Positions 46,807-56,234 of a stretch of 64,000 nt of DNA are shown here, in pieces. Source of the DNA: an uncultured archaeon (lineage in GTDB: Archaea; Nanobdellota; Nanobdellia; Pacearchaeales; GW2011-AR1); contig CAIKWG010000003.1 of assembly GCA_903831045.1 (NCBI GenBank), positions 415 through 64,414 on the forward strand. Reading direction: 5' to 3'. Both the position numbers and the translations under genes were made by a program. The notes beneath the pieces are model-generated. The model had not been told where the DNA came from. It saw only the letters and a list, made by a program, of their open reading frames with translations, and did not search any database. Numbering within the stretch: position 1 is the stretch's first letter; the number at the start of each line of letters is the position of its first letter.

Positions 46807-48690
46807 ATGGACATTTTAAAGAACGTAACCGAAAGACTAAGAGGAGAAATAAATGAAGCGAACTTCGAGGGAGCAAACATTGTTCTCTACACGCAGAATG
46901 AAAATTTCTTCAAGAATGGGGAATCAAAGATAAAAGAAATTGTAAATGAAATTAAAAAAAGAGTTGAACTAAGAGCGGATCAAAAAATTCTAAGACCTCA
47001 AGAAGAAGTTGAAAAGAAAATAAGAGAAATTGTTCCAGCAGATGCAGAAATAACAGACATTATATTTGATTTTCATAGAAGTATCGTAGTAATTGAAGCA
47101 AAAAAACCAGGTTTAGTAATTGGAAAACAAGGTTCAATTCTAGATGATGTTAGAAGAGAAACACTCTGGACACCTCAGGTTCAAAGATCTCCTGCAATTA
47201 AAAGTAAAATTACCGAGAATATTCGTGAAGTTTTATATGCCAACAATAATCAAAGAAGAAAATTCCTAAATGAGATTGGTCAAAAAATTTATTCTGAATG
47301 GAATCCTGATAAAAAAGACGGATGGATTAGAATCACCTTCATGGGAAGTGCAAGAGAAGTTGGAAGAAGTTGTTTATTGCTTCAAACTCCAGATTCAAAA
47401 ATTTTACTAGACTGTGGAATTAATGTTGCAGGTCAAGGAGCAGATAAATTTCCAGTATTTGATATTCCCGAATTTGATATTTCTAGACTGAATGCGGTTA
47501 TAGTTTCTCACGGTCACCTTGATCATGTTGGTCTAATTCCTTATTTGTATAAAATGGGTTATACAGGACCAGTTTATATGACAACTCCAACTAGAGATAT
47601 TGCCGCTCTAATCTCTTTAGATTTTATTGGTGTGGCCTACAAACAAGCTGTAACTCCTCTGTTCAGTTCGTCTGATATTAAAGAAATGGTAAAACATTCA
47701 ATCTGCCTAAATTTCAACGAAGTTACCGACGTTACTCCAGATGTGAGACTTACTTTTTACAACTCAGGACATTGTTTGGGTAGTTCTTTGGTTCATCTTA
47801 ATGTTGGAAATGGAGCTCATAATTTACTTTATACTGGAGATTACAAATATGGAAAATCAAGATTATTGGACCCAGCAGTTACCACATTCCCAAGAGTAGA
47901 AACAGTTATTACAGAAGCTACCTATGGTGCAAAGGAAAATGTTTTACCGCCTAGAGCTCAATCAGAAGAACAATTGTTAGCTCCAATAAAAAGAACAATT
48001 GAACGTGGAGGAAAAGTTTTGATTCCAGAATTGGGATTGGGTAGAGCTCAGGAAACAATGCTTGTACTTGAAGATGCAATCAGAACTGGAAAACTTCAAA
48101 AAATTCCAATTTATATTGATGGTATGATCTGGGATATTAATGCAATTCACACAGCCTATCCAGATTTTTTAAGTGCAAATGTAAGAACTCAAGTTTTCCA
48201 AGATAATAATCCATTTTTATCAGATTTATTTTCAAGAGTAGGTTCACCTCATGAAAGAAAGCAAGTTATTGAGGGTGGACCTTGTGTTGTTCTTGCAACT
48301 TCAGGTATGTTGGTTGGTGGAGCATCGGTAGAGTATTTTAGACATTTTGCATCTAATCCAAAAAACTCTCTTGTGTTTGTATGTTATCAGGGTGCAGGTT
48401 CTCTAGGACGACAAGTTCAGGAAGGATTGAAAGAAACAAAAATGATTGTTGATGGAGCAGAGGATAGAGTTGAAATTAATTTCGAGGTTACAACTGTAGA
48501 AGGTTTCACTTCACACGCAGGAAGAAATGAGATTATAGGATTCTTTAATAACATGAGACCAAAACCAAAAAGAATAATTGTTAATCACGGTGAAATCTCA
48601 AAATGTTTAGACTTATCATCAGCTTTATACAAATTGCATAAGGTTGAAACCAATGTTCCAAGAGGATTGGAAACATTGAGATTAAGATAA
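46807..48690 (+). CDS. fttA: aCPSF1/FttA (KH + beta-CASP ribonuclease, transcription termination factor)
   Basis: N-terminal KH repeats (..GLVIGKQGSILDDV..). HGHLDHVG. 627 aa. Adjacency to psmB is canonical. Confidence 0.85.
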   Translation: MDILKNVTERLRGEINEANFEGANIVLYTQNENFFKNGESKIKEIVNEIKKRVELRADQKILRPQEEVEKKIREIVPADAEITDIIFDFHRSIVVIEAKKPGLVIGKQGSILDDVRRETLWTPQVQRSPAIKSKITENIREVLYANNNQRRKFLNEIGQKIYSEWNPDKKDGWIRITFMGSAREVGRSCLLLQTPDSKILLDCGINVAGQGADKFPVFDIPEFDISRLNAVIVSHGHLDHVGLIPYLYKMGYTGPVYMTTPTRDIAALISLDFIGVAYKQAVTPLFSSSDIKEMVKHSICLNFNEVTDVTPDVRLTFYNSGHCLGSSLVHLNVGNGAHNLLYTGDYKYGKSRLLDPAVTTFPRVETVITEATYGAKENVLPPRAQSEEQLLAPIKRTIERGGKVLIPELGLGRAQETMLVLEDAIRTGKLQKIPIYIDGMIWDINAIHTAYPDFLSANVRTQVFQDNNPFLSDLFSRVGSPHERKQVIEGGPCVVLATSGMLVGGASVEYFRHFASNPKNSLVFVCYQGAGSLGRQVQEGLKETKMIVDGAEDRVEINFEVTTVEGFTSHAGRNEIIGFFNNMRPKPKRIIVNHGEISKCLDLSSALYKLHKVETNVPRGLETLRLR

Positions 48691-48731
48691 ATATTCCTCA
48701 AATTTAAAAACTCCTTTTTCCTTCTACTGAT

Positions 48732-49619
48732 ATGAAGCACAACGTAAAAATAACATTAATAATTCTTTTGATGTTTTTATTAACACAATTTCTTGGACTC
48801 TTTGTTATTAATTATTATCTTCAACCAGGACATGTTTTACCTTATAGCATGGGGGTGCAAGATGTTCCTCAGGAATCAACCTGGAATGTTCTTTCAATTG
48901 TTATAGCTTTTATCTTTGCAATTGGTATTTTTTTCCTCTTTAAAAAATTTAAATCAAAATTTGTTCTAAAACTTTGGTTTTTTATTGTAATAGTTATTGC
49001 TCTGGGATTATTTTTTACAGCACTTTTAGATTTGCCTAAAGGATTTGCTTTTTTAGGTTTAATTTTTGCATTACCTCTTGCCCTGTCCAAGGTTTATGAT
49101 GGAAATATAGTTTCTCATAATTTATCCGAACTAATGATTTATCCAGGAATTGCAGCAGTATTTGTTCCAATTCTAAATTTCTGGGGAATAATCATCCTTC
49201 TCGTTTTAATATCTATTTATGATATGTGGGCAGTTTGGCAATCTAAGATTATGCAAAAGATGGCAAAATACCAAATGGATGAATTAAAAATATTCTCGGG
49301 CTTTTTAGTTCCATATTTAACTAAAGCTCAAAGAGAGAAAATAATGGCAATGAAAGCAAAATCCAAGAAGGAGAAACCAATGAAAGTTAATATGGCAGTT
49401 TTGGGCGGGGGGGATGTTGTTTTTCCAATAATCACTGCTGGAGTTATGCTTAAACTCTTTAATCCATATGTTTCCTTCTTTGTAATTGGAGGAGCACTTC
49501 TAGGCTTAGCGTTATTGATGAGTTTTTCAGAAAAAAAGAAATTTTATCCAGCAATGCCATTCATAACTGTAGGAATGTTTATAGGCTTATTAATCGCTTG
49601 GATTACAGGTGTCTTCTAA
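48732..49619 (+). CDS. Presenilin/signal peptide peptidase homolog (A22 intramembrane aspartyl protease)
   Basis: Polytopic. Has YD (LISIYDMWAV), GxGD (LGGGDVVFP) and a PAL-like motif (YPAMPF). Confidence 0.7.
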   Translation: MKHNVKITLIILLMFLLTQFLGLFVINYYLQPGHVLPYSMGVQDVPQESTWNVLSIVIAFIFAIGIFFLFKKFKSKFVLKLWFFIVIVIALGLFFTALLDLPKGFAFLGLIFALPLALSKVYDGNIVSHNLSELMIYPGIAAVFVPILNFWGIIILLVLISIYDMWAVWQSKIMQKMAKYQMDELKIFSGFLVPYLTKAQREKIMAMKAKSKKEKPMKVNMAVLGGGDVVFPIITAGVMLKLFNPYVSFFVIGGALLGLALLMSFSEKKKFYPAMPFITVGMFIGLLIAWITGVF

Positions 49620-49979
49620 GCTTTTTCTATTTCTAGCAAGTTGAAATCCAGTAATAATTACCCTTTCAGAATCATCTTTTTTGTCTTCTTCATTAATTTC
49701 AAAACACTTTTTAATTATATCCCCTCGAGTTTTTTCTTCTACTTTATTTAAGGCTCCAGGAGGAATAAAATAAGCTATATTTTTCTTAGTTTTTTTAAGA
49801 ACATAACCGCCTTCATCTTTTACCACAACTGGGTTAAGTATACAAGTAGAATAGTAGGACGAAGAAATCTTAAATTTGCTTAATTTACCTGCCACAATCA
49901 CTTCTTGGCCTTCTTTATCATAATAATTAATTTCTACGTATTTGCCCTTGAACATCTCCTCTAATTCAGAATTGGCCAT
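49590..49979 (-). CDS. Hypothetical protein
   Basis: 129-aa ORF. Its 3' end overlaps the convergent gene by 30 nt. No family recognised. Confidence 0.4.
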   Translation of the reverse strand: MANSELEEMFKGKYVEINYYDKEGQEVIVAGKLSKFKISSSYYSTCILNPVVVKDEGGYVLKKTKKNIAYFIPPGALNKVEEKTRGDIIKKCFEINEEDKKDDSERVIITGFQLARNRKSLEDTCNPSD

Positions 49980-50109
49980 CTAATATTTCCTAGGGAAAGG
50001 TATTATATAAACATTTATTCTTCTCAGAATATAGCTTGGTTTTGTCACCCCTTATAAAACACAACATTACCAAAACATTTATAAACCCCTGGATAATAGT
50101 AACATTACA

Positions 50110-50361
50110 ATGGATAATCAAACACCAGAAAGATCACTTGAAAGATATAAATCAATCGTAGATTACTTCATAGCTAATCCTGACAGACTAAATGAATCTA
50201 ATAAGGATTATATAAATTCTCTTACTTCTCCTCTTTATTCTCTTAAAACTCAAGCTTCTACAGAAATAAAGGCAGAAGCTTCAGGCCTATTAGATAAAAT
50301 AGATTCTTGGTTAGGTAGAGAGTTAATATTCGTATTCCCAAAGGAAGGAGCTAAGAAATAA
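50110..50361 (+). CDS. Hypothetical helical protein
   Basis: 83-aa ORF with a 1-nt junction to the next ORF. Confidence 0.4.
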   Translation: MDNQTPERSLERYKSIVDYFIANPDRLNESNKDYINSLTSPLYSLKTQASTEIKAEASGLLDKIDSWLGRELIFVFPKEGAKK

Positions 50362-50362
50362 A

Positions 50363-50722
50363 ATGGCAGTAGAATTAACTTATTTATGCATGAATCATCC
50401 TTGGAGATGGGCCAACAATATTAAACAGATTATCAATAATACTCCTACAGACAAGATTTCTACTATCCTAAATGAATGCGGAGAAATGTATTTACAAGCT
50501 TTTAACTTAAGTGATAAACAATTATTACACTATGACTTTGATTCTATGAGTCCTGAGGTTAAAGAACATTTTAAGGATGCATTTTTAGATGCAAATAATG
50601 AAAATAAAGCACAATATTTAGAAGATGTTGAAAAAATTTATTCTCTCTGTAGAAATAGAGCTAATCAATTAAATGTAGATATTTCAAAGTTGCCAGAAAC
50701 ACTGGGAGAACTTACAAAATGA
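50363..50722 (+). CDS. Hypothetical helical protein
   Basis: 119-aa ORF. No family recognised. Confidence 0.4.
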   Translation: MAVELTYLCMNHPWRWANNIKQIINNTPTDKISTILNECGEMYLQAFNLSDKQLLHYDFDSMSPEVKEHFKDAFLDANNENKAQYLEDVEKIYSLCRNRANQLNVDISKLPETLGELTK

Positions 50723-50740
50723 AAAGAGGTCTAAAATAAA

Positions 50741-51514
50741 ATGATATTAAAAGAAGAATTAGTAAACAAAATCAAAGATTACTTTGACTTGAACATCTAT
50801 GAAACAAAGGTTTGGTTAGCATTGCTGACTAAAGGAACTGCTTCAGCAGGAGAAATTGCTTCTCTTTCAGGTGTTCCAAGATCAAGAACCTATGATGTTC
50901 TAGAGTCTTTAGAAAAAAAAGGATTTGCTCTAGTAAAGCTAGGCAAGCCAGTTAAATACATGGGTGTAAAGCCAAATATAATTCTTGAAAAATTAAAGAA
51001 CAATGTAAGAAAAGATGCAGAAGACAAAGTAGTGAGTCTTTCTAATCTAAAATCTACTGAAGAATACACACAATTAGAAGAATTATACACTGTTGGGATA
51101 AATCCAGTAAAAAGAGAAGACCTTTCAGCATCACTAAAGGGTAGATCAAACATTTCTAATCATCTAAGAGAAATTCTAGAAAATGCAGAAAAAGAAGTTA
51201 TTATCTGTACAAATGCAGAAGAATTCAAGATGAAGGAAAAATTATTCAAAGAAACAATTGAATTACTAGGAAAAGCTAAGATTAAAGTTAAAATTGCTCT
51301 TTCAGGTAATGACGCACTAATCAAAGCAATATCAGAAGATTTAGGAATCAAAATCAAAAAAATAAATGTTGACGCCAAGTTCTTTATTGTAGATAAGAAA
51401 GAAATTCTATTCTATCTAACTAAAGAATCCACAAAAGAGGATACAGCGATTTGGTTAAACTCTGATTTTTTTTCAACTGCATTTGCAGACCTCTTTGACA
51501 TGGCTGTTAACTAG
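50741..51514 (+). CDS. trmB: TrmB family transcriptional regulator
   Basis: N-terminal wHTH LNIYETKVWLALLTKGTASAGEIASLSGVPRSRTYDVLESLEKKGF. Confidence 0.75.
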   Translation: MILKEELVNKIKDYFDLNIYETKVWLALLTKGTASAGEIASLSGVPRSRTYDVLESLEKKGFALVKLGKPVKYMGVKPNIILEKLKNNVRKDAEDKVVSLSNLKSTEEYTQLEELYTVGINPVKREDLSASLKGRSNISNHLREILENAEKEVIICTNAEEFKMKEKLFKETIELLGKAKIKVKIALSGNDALIKAISEDLGIKIKKINVDAKFFIVDKKEILFYLTKESTKEDTAIWLNSDFFSTAFADLFDMAVN

Positions 51515-51527
51515 AGAGCAATCTAAA

Positions 51528-52109
51528 ATGACTACTATTCATATGTATGATTTTGATGATTATCTTAAATCTCAAGGTTATAAACTTCTTAAAACTATGA
51601 ATTATTCAAGAATTGTAAACATAGCTGAAAACAGTCAAGGAGCAAAAACAATTATCAAAAGAGATAAAGGCCATCCAACTGATGATCAAACTTTAGTAGA
51701 AAATGGAGTTTTAACCAGATTAAATGGATTAGAAAGACTTCCAAAAAAAATTTTATTCAGAAGAAATCTGGAAAAACAAATTACTCCTACATTTAGAAAA
51801 GAATTGACTCCAGGTTTAAAAGATTATTTTCTAGAAGAGCAATTTATTGATGGGAATGTATGGAACTTCGAGCAACTTTCTACCTCAGAAGAGCAAAAGT
51901 TGATAAACCTAGTAAAAACATTCCATAAGGAAGGATATTCTAGAATGGACCTAAGAAGAATTAATTTTATTCTTAACCCAAATCAAGAGTTATACTATGT
52001 TGATTCAGGAAATTGTGTACGGAAAGACGATAAGAATTTTAAATATCATCTTGCAGATGATTTACGTACTTTAGATAAATTATTAGAGATGTCTCAGGGG
52101 GTTTTCTAA
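51528..52109 (+). CDS. Small protein-kinase-fold protein (Bud32/RIO-like), paralog A
   Basis: KTIIKR (beta3 Lys), LVENG (helix C Glu), hinge YFLEEQFIDG, catalytic-loop-like FHKEGYSRMDLRRINFIL, and YYVDSG (DFG-equivalent). The start is taken at MTTIHMY. Confidence 0.5.
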   Translation: MTTIHMYDFDDYLKSQGYKLLKTMNYSRIVNIAENSQGAKTIIKRDKGHPTDDQTLVENGVLTRLNGLERLPKKILFRRNLEKQITPTFRKELTPGLKDYFLEEQFIDGNVWNFEQLSTSEEQKLINLVKTFHKEGYSRMDLRRINFILNPNQELYYVDSGNCVRKDDKNFKYHLADDLRTLDKLLEMSQGVF

Positions 52110-52110
52110 A

Positions 52111-52704
52111 ATGCTAAACACAATTATTAAATTAGTTCATTCAGACTATTGTCTGAAAAAAATGGGATACAATTTTCTAGAAAATCTATCTAGTGTAAGA
52201 GAAGTAAATCTTGTTGAAAATAAGGATGGAATAAAAACAATCATCAAAAGAGATTGTGAAGGATGGTATCCTCAAACATTGGTAGAAAATGAAATTCTCG
52301 AAAAGTTCTCTGGATTGGATATGCTTCCTAGAAAAATTTTGTTTAAAGAAGATGTTAGTGAAGGAATTGTCCAAGAGTATTGTCCTTTTGGAGGATACGT
52401 GTTGTCCTATTTTCTAGAGGAAGAATATATCCAAGGAAAAAAATATAATTATGAACAATTATCAGCAAAAGAAGAACAAAAACTTATTAATTTAGTCAAT
52501 AATTTGCATGAAGAAGGTTATGTAAGAATGGAGATTGAAAGAGCTTCTAATTTTATAATCACTCCAGATGGACTTTTATATTATATTGATTCGGGGTCTT
52601 GTGCAAAAAAAGATGACCCAGATTTTAAAGATTTAATGAAAAAAGATTTAGTTTCTTTAGACAATTTATTAAAAAAATCTCAAGGAGTAAAAAATGACCT
52701 CTAA
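52111..52704 (+). CDS. Small protein-kinase-fold protein, paralog B (catalytic Asp position is Glu)
   Basis: Collinear with paralog A: KTIIKR, LVENE, YFLEEEYIQG, LHEEGYVRMEIERASNFII, YYIDSG. Confidence 0.5.
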   Translation: MLNTIIKLVHSDYCLKKMGYNFLENLSSVREVNLVENKDGIKTIIKRDCEGWYPQTLVENEILEKFSGLDMLPRKILFKEDVSEGIVQEYCPFGGYVLSYFLEEEYIQGKKYNYEQLSAKEEQKLINLVNNLHEEGYVRMEIERASNFIITPDGLLYYIDSGSCAKKDDPDFKDLMKKDLVSLDNLLKKSQGVKNDL

Positions 52705-53416
52705 AATAATTCTTCCAAATACTTCTCTATGCTCTATTGTTAGAGATGAAAAAAACAATCCTGCAGGAGGAATTAAAAGATTTATTGAAGCTCATGTTCC
52801 ATTTGTTGAAGAAGCAGTAATTGTTGATACTGGTTCGCTTGATGGAACACGAGAAATTCTAGAAGAAATGCAATCAGTATATCCAAATCTAAGAGTCTAT
52901 GATCATAAATTTGATGGATTTGGAAATGCAAGAAATCACTCTCTAACTAAAGTAAAAACAAAGTATGCTCTGGTTCTTGATGCAGATGAATTGCTCTGTC
53001 AAGAAAGACCTAGAAATGACTGGGAAGGAATTAGAAATTATCTCCAAGAACATGAAGATTTCAAACTTGCAGAATTTGGTTTTGAAAATGTATTCTCAAA
53101 AAGAGAACCTTTATCTTTTAATCCAGAATGTTGGAAGATGAGACTATTTCAACCCTCTCAAACTGAACTAGAAGGAGCTCTCTGGGAAAATCACATGAAC
53201 TTTGAAAGGCAACGTACAGATAAGATAAAGGGTGTTTCAATCAAACATTTTCTACCAAGATCCAATGGAATTTCTGCTAAAAAATATAATTGGTATGAAG
53301 ATGGCTATGAATATTTATTTATCGAAGGAAAAGTTAAAACAGGCATTGCTCCATCACAAACTGCTGGTTTTCATAAATGGAAAGAATATAATTCCCACAG
53401 AGACGAATATTTTTAA
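52694..53416 (+). CDS. Family 2 glycosyltransferase
   Basis: SIVRDEKNN..., VIVDTGSLDGT, and LVLDADE (DxD). Confidence 0.65.
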   Translation: MTSKIILPNTSLCSIVRDEKNNPAGGIKRFIEAHVPFVEEAVIVDTGSLDGTREILEEMQSVYPNLRVYDHKFDGFGNARNHSLTKVKTKYALVLDADELLCQERPRNDWEGIRNYLQEHEDFKLAEFGFENVFSKREPLSFNPECWKMRLFQPSQTELEGALWENHMNFERQRTDKIKGVSIKHFLPRSNGISAKKYNWYEDGYEYLFIEGKVKTGIAPSQTAGFHKWKEYNSHRDEYF

Positions 53417-54690
53417 TTTGAAATAATTTCTATTTTATCAATATACATTTGAGCTATTCTATTTTTATTCTTAGTCTTCCATTTATCCAAGAATTTTTTC
53501 AAATCAAAGTCCATTTTAAGCTTGGAATAAATTTTTTTCTTTTTAATAAAAGTGTTTTTATGTTCTGCCTTGAATTTTTTTACATTTGCTTTATCTTCAA
53601 CAAACGGTCCTTCCAGAATAATCTCTTTTTTGGGTCGAGCAACAAAGTAGAATCTAGCGGCCTGTTTTGAGTTATAATTAAATCCTTTTTCTTTTATCTC
53701 AAAGAACTTTTTTATTTCATCTTCCGCATGTCTGTAGAACTTAAAGAGCTTGGAACCTGCAATGTCTCCTTCCTGTTTTTTAGTAGATGCTTGTACTAAA
53801 ATAAAATCGTTCTTCTCTTTAGTTGCTTTTTCTTTTATTTTGGCTAAATCAATTTTTTTAACTTCAAAAAATTCTTCCGAAGGATTTTTCAAAAATTTGT
53901 TGCATTCTTCTTGAAATTTAACAAATGTTTCTTTTGAAAGAGCAGCCAATGCATTTCTTTGCTTATAGGTAGGATCAACTAGAATAACTGGCGAATTTAA
54001 TTTTGAACTATTCATATCAATCATAACTCTATCTTTTCTATAATATTTTTCCACGTCAATTACTAACTTTTCTTTAACTTTTGCCATTGCTTCTATAAAT
54101 TTTAAAAAAGTTTTATACTTATAAATTAAAAGTTCAAGAGAGTAACCAGAGAACCCATTAATATAAGACTCTGCCCCATAAGTTCCTGTTCCATGGCAGA
54201 ATGCCTTTGCAAGCAATATCTCATCAAGAACTTTTTTATTTCTAATTTTTTTATTAATGTACTTCACATGTGAATAGGATAAATCAGTAATATTTCTTGC
54301 TTCTTTAGGATTATTAACTTTAACCACCGGGACAACTTCAAAATAAAATTTTTCTCCAATTTTAATTCTAAAATAATCTCGTGAACCATGAATCTCTTCC
54401 ATCCTAGCCATATTGCCTAATATTTTTTTTGTGAGAACGGATAATTCTTTTTCTGAATATTTTTTATCAAATCTAACAAATAAATCTATATCATAGTTCC
54501 CCTTCTTCATCATTGTACTCTTAGCAAAACTTCCTCCAACAAAGATTTCTGCATCAATTTTCATCTGTCTGGATTTATTCTTAAAATAAATTAAAAATTT
54601 ATCCAACTCTTTTTGTAAAAAATCTATTTCTTCTTTGTCCGGTTTAATCTTTTGTAGAACCTCATTCAAAACAGAATTAATCTTTTTCAT
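53413..54690 (-). CDS. cca: CCA-adding enzyme (archaeal class I tRNA nucleotidyltransferase)
   Basis: GGSFAKSTMMKKGNYDIDLFVRF catalytic motif. 425 aa. Confidence 0.8.
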   Translation of the reverse strand: MKKINSVLNEVLQKIKPDKEEIDFLQKELDKFLIYFKNKSRQMKIDAEIFVGGSFAKSTMMKKGNYDIDLFVRFDKKYSEKELSVLTKKILGNMARMEEIHGSRDYFRIKIGEKFYFEVVPVVKVNNPKEARNITDLSYSHVKYINKKIRNKKVLDEILLAKAFCHGTGTYGAESYINGFSGYSLELLIYKYKTFLKFIEAMAKVKEKLVIDVEKYYRKDRVMIDMNSSKLNSPVILVDPTYKQRNALAALSKETFVKFQEECNKFLKNPSEEFFEVKKIDLAKIKEKATKEKNDFILVQASTKKQEGDIAGSKLFKFYRHAEDEIKKFFEIKEKGFNYNSKQAARFYFVARPKKEIILEGPFVEDKANVKKFKAEHKNTFIKKKKIYSKLKMDFDLKKFLDKWKTKNKNRIAQMYIDKIEIISN

Positions 54691-55081
54691 CTTCTTTTGG
54701 TTCCCTTCTATTTCCCAAGCTAGTAGCTAAATCAATTATATATTTTCCTTCTTCTAGTCTATAGACTAGCGGTCTTTCTTTTTGGAATAAATTAGTTATA
54801 TCCAGTTCAAACTTTCCTGCACCGGTAACTCTAACTGATTCAAAATCAAGAATTACAGGAGAGTCAGCTTCTTCAATACCAGCAATCTCTCTAACTTCTT
54901 TTTCAATTCTTTCTCTATCTGCTTCTGGAAGTTCAAGCTCAAGTTTTCTATGCTTCAGTTTTTCAAATTGATCTTCACGAATGTAAAAGAAGAATCTACT
55001 TTTACAACTGGAGCATCCCTCAATTATTTCTTTACTCCCAGTAGGGATTATTCTAGAACACTTCACGCACTGATGAGGCAT
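54677..55081 (-). CDS. Zn-ribbon protein of the conserved archaeal GTPase/DUF2073/Zn-ribbon triad
   Basis: MPHQCVKCSRIIPTGSKEIIEGCSSCKSRFFFY. Confidence 0.6.
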   Translation of the reverse strand: MPHQCVKCSRIIPTGSKEIIEGCSSCKSRFFFYIREDQFEKLKHRKLELELPEADRERIEKEVREIAGIEEADSPVILDFESVRVTGAGKFELDITNLFQKERPLVYRLEEGKYIIDLATSLGNRREPKEDEKD

Positions 55082-55169
55082 AGTATATTATTTAACTCCT
55101 TTAATTTAGTTAAGAACAAGTATTATTTAAATTTGTTTGTATTGTTTTTTCGGTCCAGCACTAGAAATT

Positions 55170-55580
55170 TTACTTATTTAACAATAATTCAATCTTTTTT
55201 GGATTACGTTTAATCTCTTTAACAATACTAGCAGGTCCAATAATAGTAATTGCAGCCACATCTCCCCCACTAAGAATGTTTACAAATCCTTTTCTAAATC
55301 TATCAATAACATTTGACCTTTCGTCAGAGCCAATAACAGCCAATTCAATTCCCTTAAAATCTTTAACATGGCCAATCATAGCCATTGTATCTCCAATAAG
55401 TCTTGATTCTTCTTCAGCTTTTAATTTTCCCTGTAAGATTATTATATTATTCCCTAGAACAATATTTAGAATCTTTCTAATTCTATCATCTGCACCAAGA
55501 GATTTTATTTCAGAATATGGTATAAACTGAATTGCGAATCCCTTTATTTCACCTAAATGTCTTCTTCCCTCTTTTGTCAC
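55170..55580 (-). CDS. DUF2073-like protein of the triad
   Basis: 136 aa. ..IRKILNIVLGNNIIILQGKLKAEEESRLIGDTMAMI..FKGIEL pattern. 1-nt junction with the GTPase gene. Confidence 0.55.
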   Translation of the reverse strand: MTKEGRRHLGEIKGFAIQFIPYSEIKSLGADDRIRKILNIVLGNNIIILQGKLKAEEESRLIGDTMAMIGHVKDFKGIELAVIGSDERSNVIDRFRKGFVNILSGGDVAAITIIGPASIVKEIKRNPKKIELLLNK

Positions 55581-55581
55581 C

Positions 55582-56226
55582 TTATTTCACCTTTTTTGAA
55601 AGTTTAAATATTGCATCATAAAATTCATCTAAATTTTTCCCATACTTTGCACTCAATCCAACTACTGGATATTCTGGAAAAGCATCCTGAATCTTCTTCA
55701 CATCTGCTTTGTTTAGATCAGATTTATTTGCAACAATTAAAACAGGAATTTTTCTAGCAACCAAATTTCCAATAATAGTTATATTTACTTGATTGTAAGG
55801 ATTTTCAGTTGCATCTAAAACAATAACAACTAAATCCATATCATCCAGCCATTTAATACTTTCAATAATTCCCTGAGTTGCTTCCTTAGCTCTGTTCTTT
55901 GCATCCTGCTTATTCATTTTATATTTTAAGAAGTCTTCATAATCTACCTTGGTTGTAATTCCAGGAGTATCAATCATTTTGAAAGTCATTTTCTTTCCCT
56001 TGTAGCTAATCTCTACTTTTTCCTTAAACTGAACATTTCTTGTCTCGTGTGGAATCTTAGAAACCGACCCAATTTCTTCACCTGTAAAGTCTTTACATAT
56101 CCTGTTAGCCAGACTAGTTTTTCCTGCGTTTGGAGGCCCGTAGAACCCCAATTTAATATCTTTCTTATTCTTGAATAGGGCAGGCATAAGTCTTCTTAAA
56201 ATGCTTGTAATAGTTTTTTTTGCCAT
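55582..56226 (-). CDS. Small GTP-binding protein (Era/Arf-like) of the triad
   Basis: G1 GPPNAGKTS, G3 DTPG, G4 NKSD, G5 SAK. Confidence 0.75.
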   Translation of the reverse strand: MAKKTITSILRRLMPALFKNKKDIKLGFYGPPNAGKTSLANRICKDFTGEEIGSVSKIPHETRNVQFKEKVEISYKGKKMTFKMIDTPGITTKVDYEDFLKYKMNKQDAKNRAKEATQGIIESIKWLDDMDLVVIVLDATENPYNQVNITIIGNLVARKIPVLIVANKSDLNKADVKKIQDAFPEYPVVGLSAKYGKNLDEFYDAIFKLSKKVK

Positions 56227-56234
56227 TATAGGAA

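Noticed and set aside
55082-55169. Replication origin next to the GTPase/DUF2073/Zn-ribbon triad
   Set aside because: I saw no Orc1/Cdc6 gene in the window and no repeated ORB-like elements or long AT-rich unwinding element in the adjacent spacers.
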